A stretch of 64,000 nucleotides of DNA, from positions 982 to 64,981 of the forward strand of contig CAYJJR010000001.1 in assembly GCA_964370565.1 (NCBI GenBank), written 5' to 3'. Positions within the stretch are counted from its first letter, which is position 1, and each line of letters begins with the position of its first letter. Shown here piece after piece: positions 61,288 through 64,000 of this stretch. Position numbers and translations under genes: made by a program. This DNA comes from an uncultured Oscillospiraceae bacterium. Its GTDB lineage: Bacteria > Bacillota > Clostridia > Oscillospirales > Ruminococcaceae. The notes beneath the pieces were generated by a model. It was not told the DNA's origin. It did no database searches and saw nothing but the letters and a program-made list of their open reading frames with translations.

Positions 61288-62346
61288 ATGAAAAAACTTA
61301 AATTGATTTCGCTGATACTCACCGTTGTGCTGCTTGTAGCTTGTGCTTCAACGACTGAAACGGAACAAACCACAGGACAAGAAGACGAAGTGCAAACGGA
61401 ACAAACCACAGGACAAGAACCGTTTGTTTCTATAACCGACCACGCGGGCAGAGAGGTGACGCTTTTTCAAAAACCCGAGAGGATTGTGAGCGGTTATTAC
61501 ATAACGTCGTCGATACTTATTGGTCTTGGTGCACAGGACAAAATTGTCGGCATCGAAAACATGGCGGACACAAGACCTGTATACGCTCTAACCGCGCCCG
61601 AGCTTCTCGAGGTTCCGGGGGTTGGAACGGCGAAAGAATTCAACATAGAGGGCACAGCGGCGCTTAAACCCGATGTTGTTATTGTTCCGCTTAAACTTCA
61701 AGATGCCGCCGAAACGTTGACGGAACTTGGCATACCGACTATATGCGTTAACCCTGAAAACAAACAGCTTTTAAACGAAACTATCGAGATGTTGGGGGCT
61801 ATTACAGACAGTGTCGAACGTGCAAACGAACTTATAGATGTTTCGGAAAATGCGCTTTTGGAACTTTCAAAGCTTCTTGAAGAAACACAAGCTCCAACCG
61901 TTTATCTTGGCGGTAATAGCGATCTTTTGTCAACAGCGGGGGCGTTGATGTATCAAAACGACCTTATTACAAACGCAGGGGCAACAAACGTTGCACAAGA
62001 AATCGAGGATACATATTGGGCGACAATATCATATGAACAGCTTTTGGCGTTTGATCCCGATTACATAATAATTGCTCCTGCCGCAAAATATACGGTTGAA
62101 CAAGTGATGGAGGACAGTGCGATATCCGAACTAACGGCGATTAAAAACGGCAATGTATATAAAATGCCAAATGTTTTTGAAGCATGGGACAGCCCTGTCC
62201 CGTCGTCCTATCTCGGAAGCCTTTGGATTGCAAGCGTGATACATCAAGACGTTTACACAGCAAACGACTTTGAACAACATGTTTTGTCGTTCTATCAAGA
62301 TTTCTATAATTACCAAGGCGAAACAGAACTGTCCCTTGTGTCATGA
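61288..62346 (+). CDS. ABC transporter substrate-binding lipoprotein, cluster A/FecB-BtuF type
   Basis: Lipobox LLVACAST and a periplasmic binding protein type 2 pattern (RIVSGYYITSSILIGLG...KPDVVIVP). It is followed by a FecCD permease. The start is set at ATG 61288. Confidence 0.78.
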   Translation: MKKLKLISLILTVVLLVACASTTETEQTTGQEDEVQTEQTTGQEPFVSITDHAGREVTLFQKPERIVSGYYITSSILIGLGAQDKIVGIENMADTRPVYALTAPELLEVPGVGTAKEFNIEGTAALKPDVVIVPLKLQDAAETLTELGIPTICVNPENKQLLNETIEMLGAITDSVERANELIDVSENALLELSKLLEETQAPTVYLGGNSDLLSTAGALMYQNDLITNAGATNVAQEIEDTYWATISYEQLLAFDPDYIIIAPAAKYTVEQVMEDSAISELTAIKNGNVYKMPNVFEAWDSPVPSSYLGSLWIASVIHQDVYTANDFEQHVLSFYQDFYNYQGETELSLVS

Positions 62347-63311
62347 AAAAGAATAAGTTTTACAGTAGTATAATGATTTTGTTTTTTTGCGGAATAGTAA
62401 TCTCTCTTTTTGTGGGGCAATATCCGCTTACTGTACAAAATATATTAAACAGCGAAACGGTTGATTTTGGAGTGTTTTTTAATCTTAGAGTTTCGCGGAC
62501 GATAATGGCAGTCTTATCGGGGTTTGGACTTGCCGTTTCGGGCTATATATACCAAACACTTTTTAAAAACCCGATAGCCTCACCAGATATTATAGGGGTG
62601 TCGTCCGGCGCTTGCGCCGGAGCGGGATTTTCGATAATCTTTCTCGGAGCGGGGACGTTAACGGTGGCTGTTGGGGCTTTTTTGGGTGGAACGATTGCGA
62701 CGTTTGTTGCGCTCTCGCTTGTAGCGTTGTCAAAAGGAAACAGGATTTCAACATTTGTTATATCGGGTATAGCGATTAACGCTGTTGCTAACGCTATTTT
62801 GATGTTGCTTAAAATGACCGCAGACCCGGAACAGGAGCTTGCGGCGCTGGAGTTTTGGACGATGGGTTCGCTTGCGGCAGTAACGCTTCAAAAGGTTTTG
62901 CCGATTGTTCCGGTTGTTGTGGTTTGTTGTTTCGTTTTAGCTCTTTTACATCGCCAGATAACGCTTTTGTCGTTGAACTCGGACGAAGCAAAAATGCTTG
63001 GAGTGTCGGTTGTTAAACTTCGAGGAGCGGTTCTTTTGATAACAACGTTGATAGTCGGCGGTGTCGTTAGCATAACGGGGCTTATAACGTTTGTCGGGCT
63101 TATTGCTCCGCACATAACAAGGCTTGTAACAAAATCACATTCCCTTAAAACAATGTTGTTTTCGGGGTTTCTCGGCAGCGTTATAATGCTTTTTTCCGAT
63201 ACAATAGCGCGAAGCATAAGCAACACCGAGATACCGATTAGCATAATAACGTCGCTTATCGGCGCGCCGTTTCTCGCGTTACTTGTTTTAAGAGGGGGAA
63301 AGGTGGAATGA
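62343..63311 (+). CDS. FecCD/BtuC family ABC transporter permease (type II importer)
   Basis: 322 aa polytopic protein with GVSSGA...G and the C-terminal TSLIGAPFLALLV motif typical of the FecCD family. Confidence 0.88.
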   Translation: MKKNKFYSSIMILFFCGIVISLFVGQYPLTVQNILNSETVDFGVFFNLRVSRTIMAVLSGFGLAVSGYIYQTLFKNPIASPDIIGVSSGACAGAGFSIIFLGAGTLTVAVGAFLGGTIATFVALSLVALSKGNRISTFVISGIAINAVANAILMLLKMTADPEQELAALEFWTMGSLAAVTLQKVLPIVPVVVVCCFVLALLHRQITLLSLNSDEAKMLGVSVVKLRGAVLLITTLIVGGVVSITGLITFVGLIAPHITRLVTKSHSLKTMLFSGFLGSVIMLFSDTIARSISNTEIPISIITSLIGAPFLALLVLRGGKVE

Positions 63312-64000
63312 GCGTATTAAAAGTGTCTAATCTGTGCGCCGGGTATGGTAGCGACGATGTTATAAAAGATATATCATTTTCGCTTGGAAAAGGGGAACTT
63401 TGTGCGCTTCTCGGCCCCAACGCCGGGGGAAAAACGACCCTTATAAAAGCGGTTTGTTCACTTATACAGACTGACGGAGTAAGCACCGTTAACCAAAGTA
63501 ACATATCGGAATTGTCCGAAAAACTTCGTTCAAGGTTAATCGCGTACATTCCGCAAAAATGTTCGGTTGATGTTTCGGTTACATGTATCGAAGTTGTGCT
63601 TATGGGTTTTTCGCCGTGGCTTAGTTTGTTTCAAAACCCAAGCGATAATCAAAAAATACGCGCAAAACAAGCGCTCGACAAAGTCGGGCTTTTAAATCAA
63701 AGCAACACCGCTTTTTTAAATCTTAGCGAAGGACAAAAACAGCTTGTTATAATAGCGCGTGCGTTGGTTCAAGACACGCCGGTTATACTGTTTGACGAGC
63801 CGGACAGCGCGCTTGATTTTTCCAACAAACATAAGATTATGGCGATTATAAAAGAGGTTGTCGGTGGAGAAAAAACGGCGCTAATCTCGCTTCATGACCC
63901 TAACATTGCGTTAAGATATTGTTCAAGGGTAATTTGTATAAAAGACGGAAAAAAGGTTTGCGATGTAAACCTTTCTAGGGCAACAAACGACGAGATTAAA
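63308..64000 (+). CDS. ABC transporter ATP-binding protein (partial, runs off the window end)
   Basis: Walker A GPNAGGKTT, signature LSEGQKQL and Walker B ILFDEP. The ATG overlaps the permease stop. Confidence 0.88.
   Translation, partial: MSVLKVSNLCAGYGSDDVIKDISFSLGKGELCALLGPNAGGKTTLIKAVCSLIQTDGVSTVNQSNISELSEKLRSRLIAYIPQKCSVDVSVTCIEVVLMGFSPWLSLFQNPSDNQKIRAKQALDKVGLLNQSNTAFLNLSEGQKQLVIIARALVQDTPVILFDEPDSALDFSNKHKIMAIIKEVVGGEKTALISLHDPNIALRYCSRVICIKDGKKVCDVNLSRATNDEIK

Noticed and set aside
1-64000. Mobile elements, prophage, defence islands, toxin-antitoxin pairs
   Set aside because: No transposase, integrase, recombinase, phage structural, restriction-modification or typical TA gene could be recognised in any frame. 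There are no long terminal inverted repeats or tRNA-flanked islands.

Overview
The window looks like a low-GC, Firmicutes/Clostridia-like chromosomal segment. That assignment rests only on gene content and order; no taxon can be proven from here. Most of it is ordinary housekeeping DNA.

Gene content, left to right:
- A dedicated ECF transporter operon led by a DUF62 SAM-hydrolase gene.
- serC-serA, pdxK, trmL and deoD.
- The conserved rimP-nusA-ylxR-ylxQ-infB-rbfA-nrnA-truB-ribF-rpsO-pnp block, then tsaD.
- An aldehyde:ferredoxin oxidoreductase / MoaD-like / Fe-ADH cluster.
- tcdA, htrA, a hexokinase-family gene and trmB.
- The TIGR03960/TIGR03936 radical-SAM pair, then rpsU.
- A ModE-like regulator with a type-II (FecCD-like) ABC importer that runs off the right edge.

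I found no tRNA or rRNA gene, CRISPR array, transposase, integrase or phage gene.

Items that stand out:
1. A self-contained gene for a 2,706-aa secreted Thr/Ser/Gly/Asn-rich protein. It has an Ig-like domain, parallel beta-helix-like repeats, seven C-terminal modules ending in a Y-x-W...W motif, and no recognisable wall anchor.
2. Three nearly identical 89-92 nt tandem units, each carrying an 11-bp hairpin, inserted between nusA and ylxR inside an essential operon.
3. A likely 6S RNA just upstream of tcdA, which the ORF track cannot show.
4. An rpsU gene with a TTG start, also missed by the track.
5. An adjacent GH2-like/GH3-like pair that by eye lacks catalytic residues.
6. Several repeat or palindrome structures in leaders and intergenic regions.

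None of these is demonstrably a new multi-gene system. The giant protein and the nusA-ylxR repeat array are the best candidates for something undescribed.

All functional calls come from reading the translated ORFs and motifs by eye. No database search was possible.
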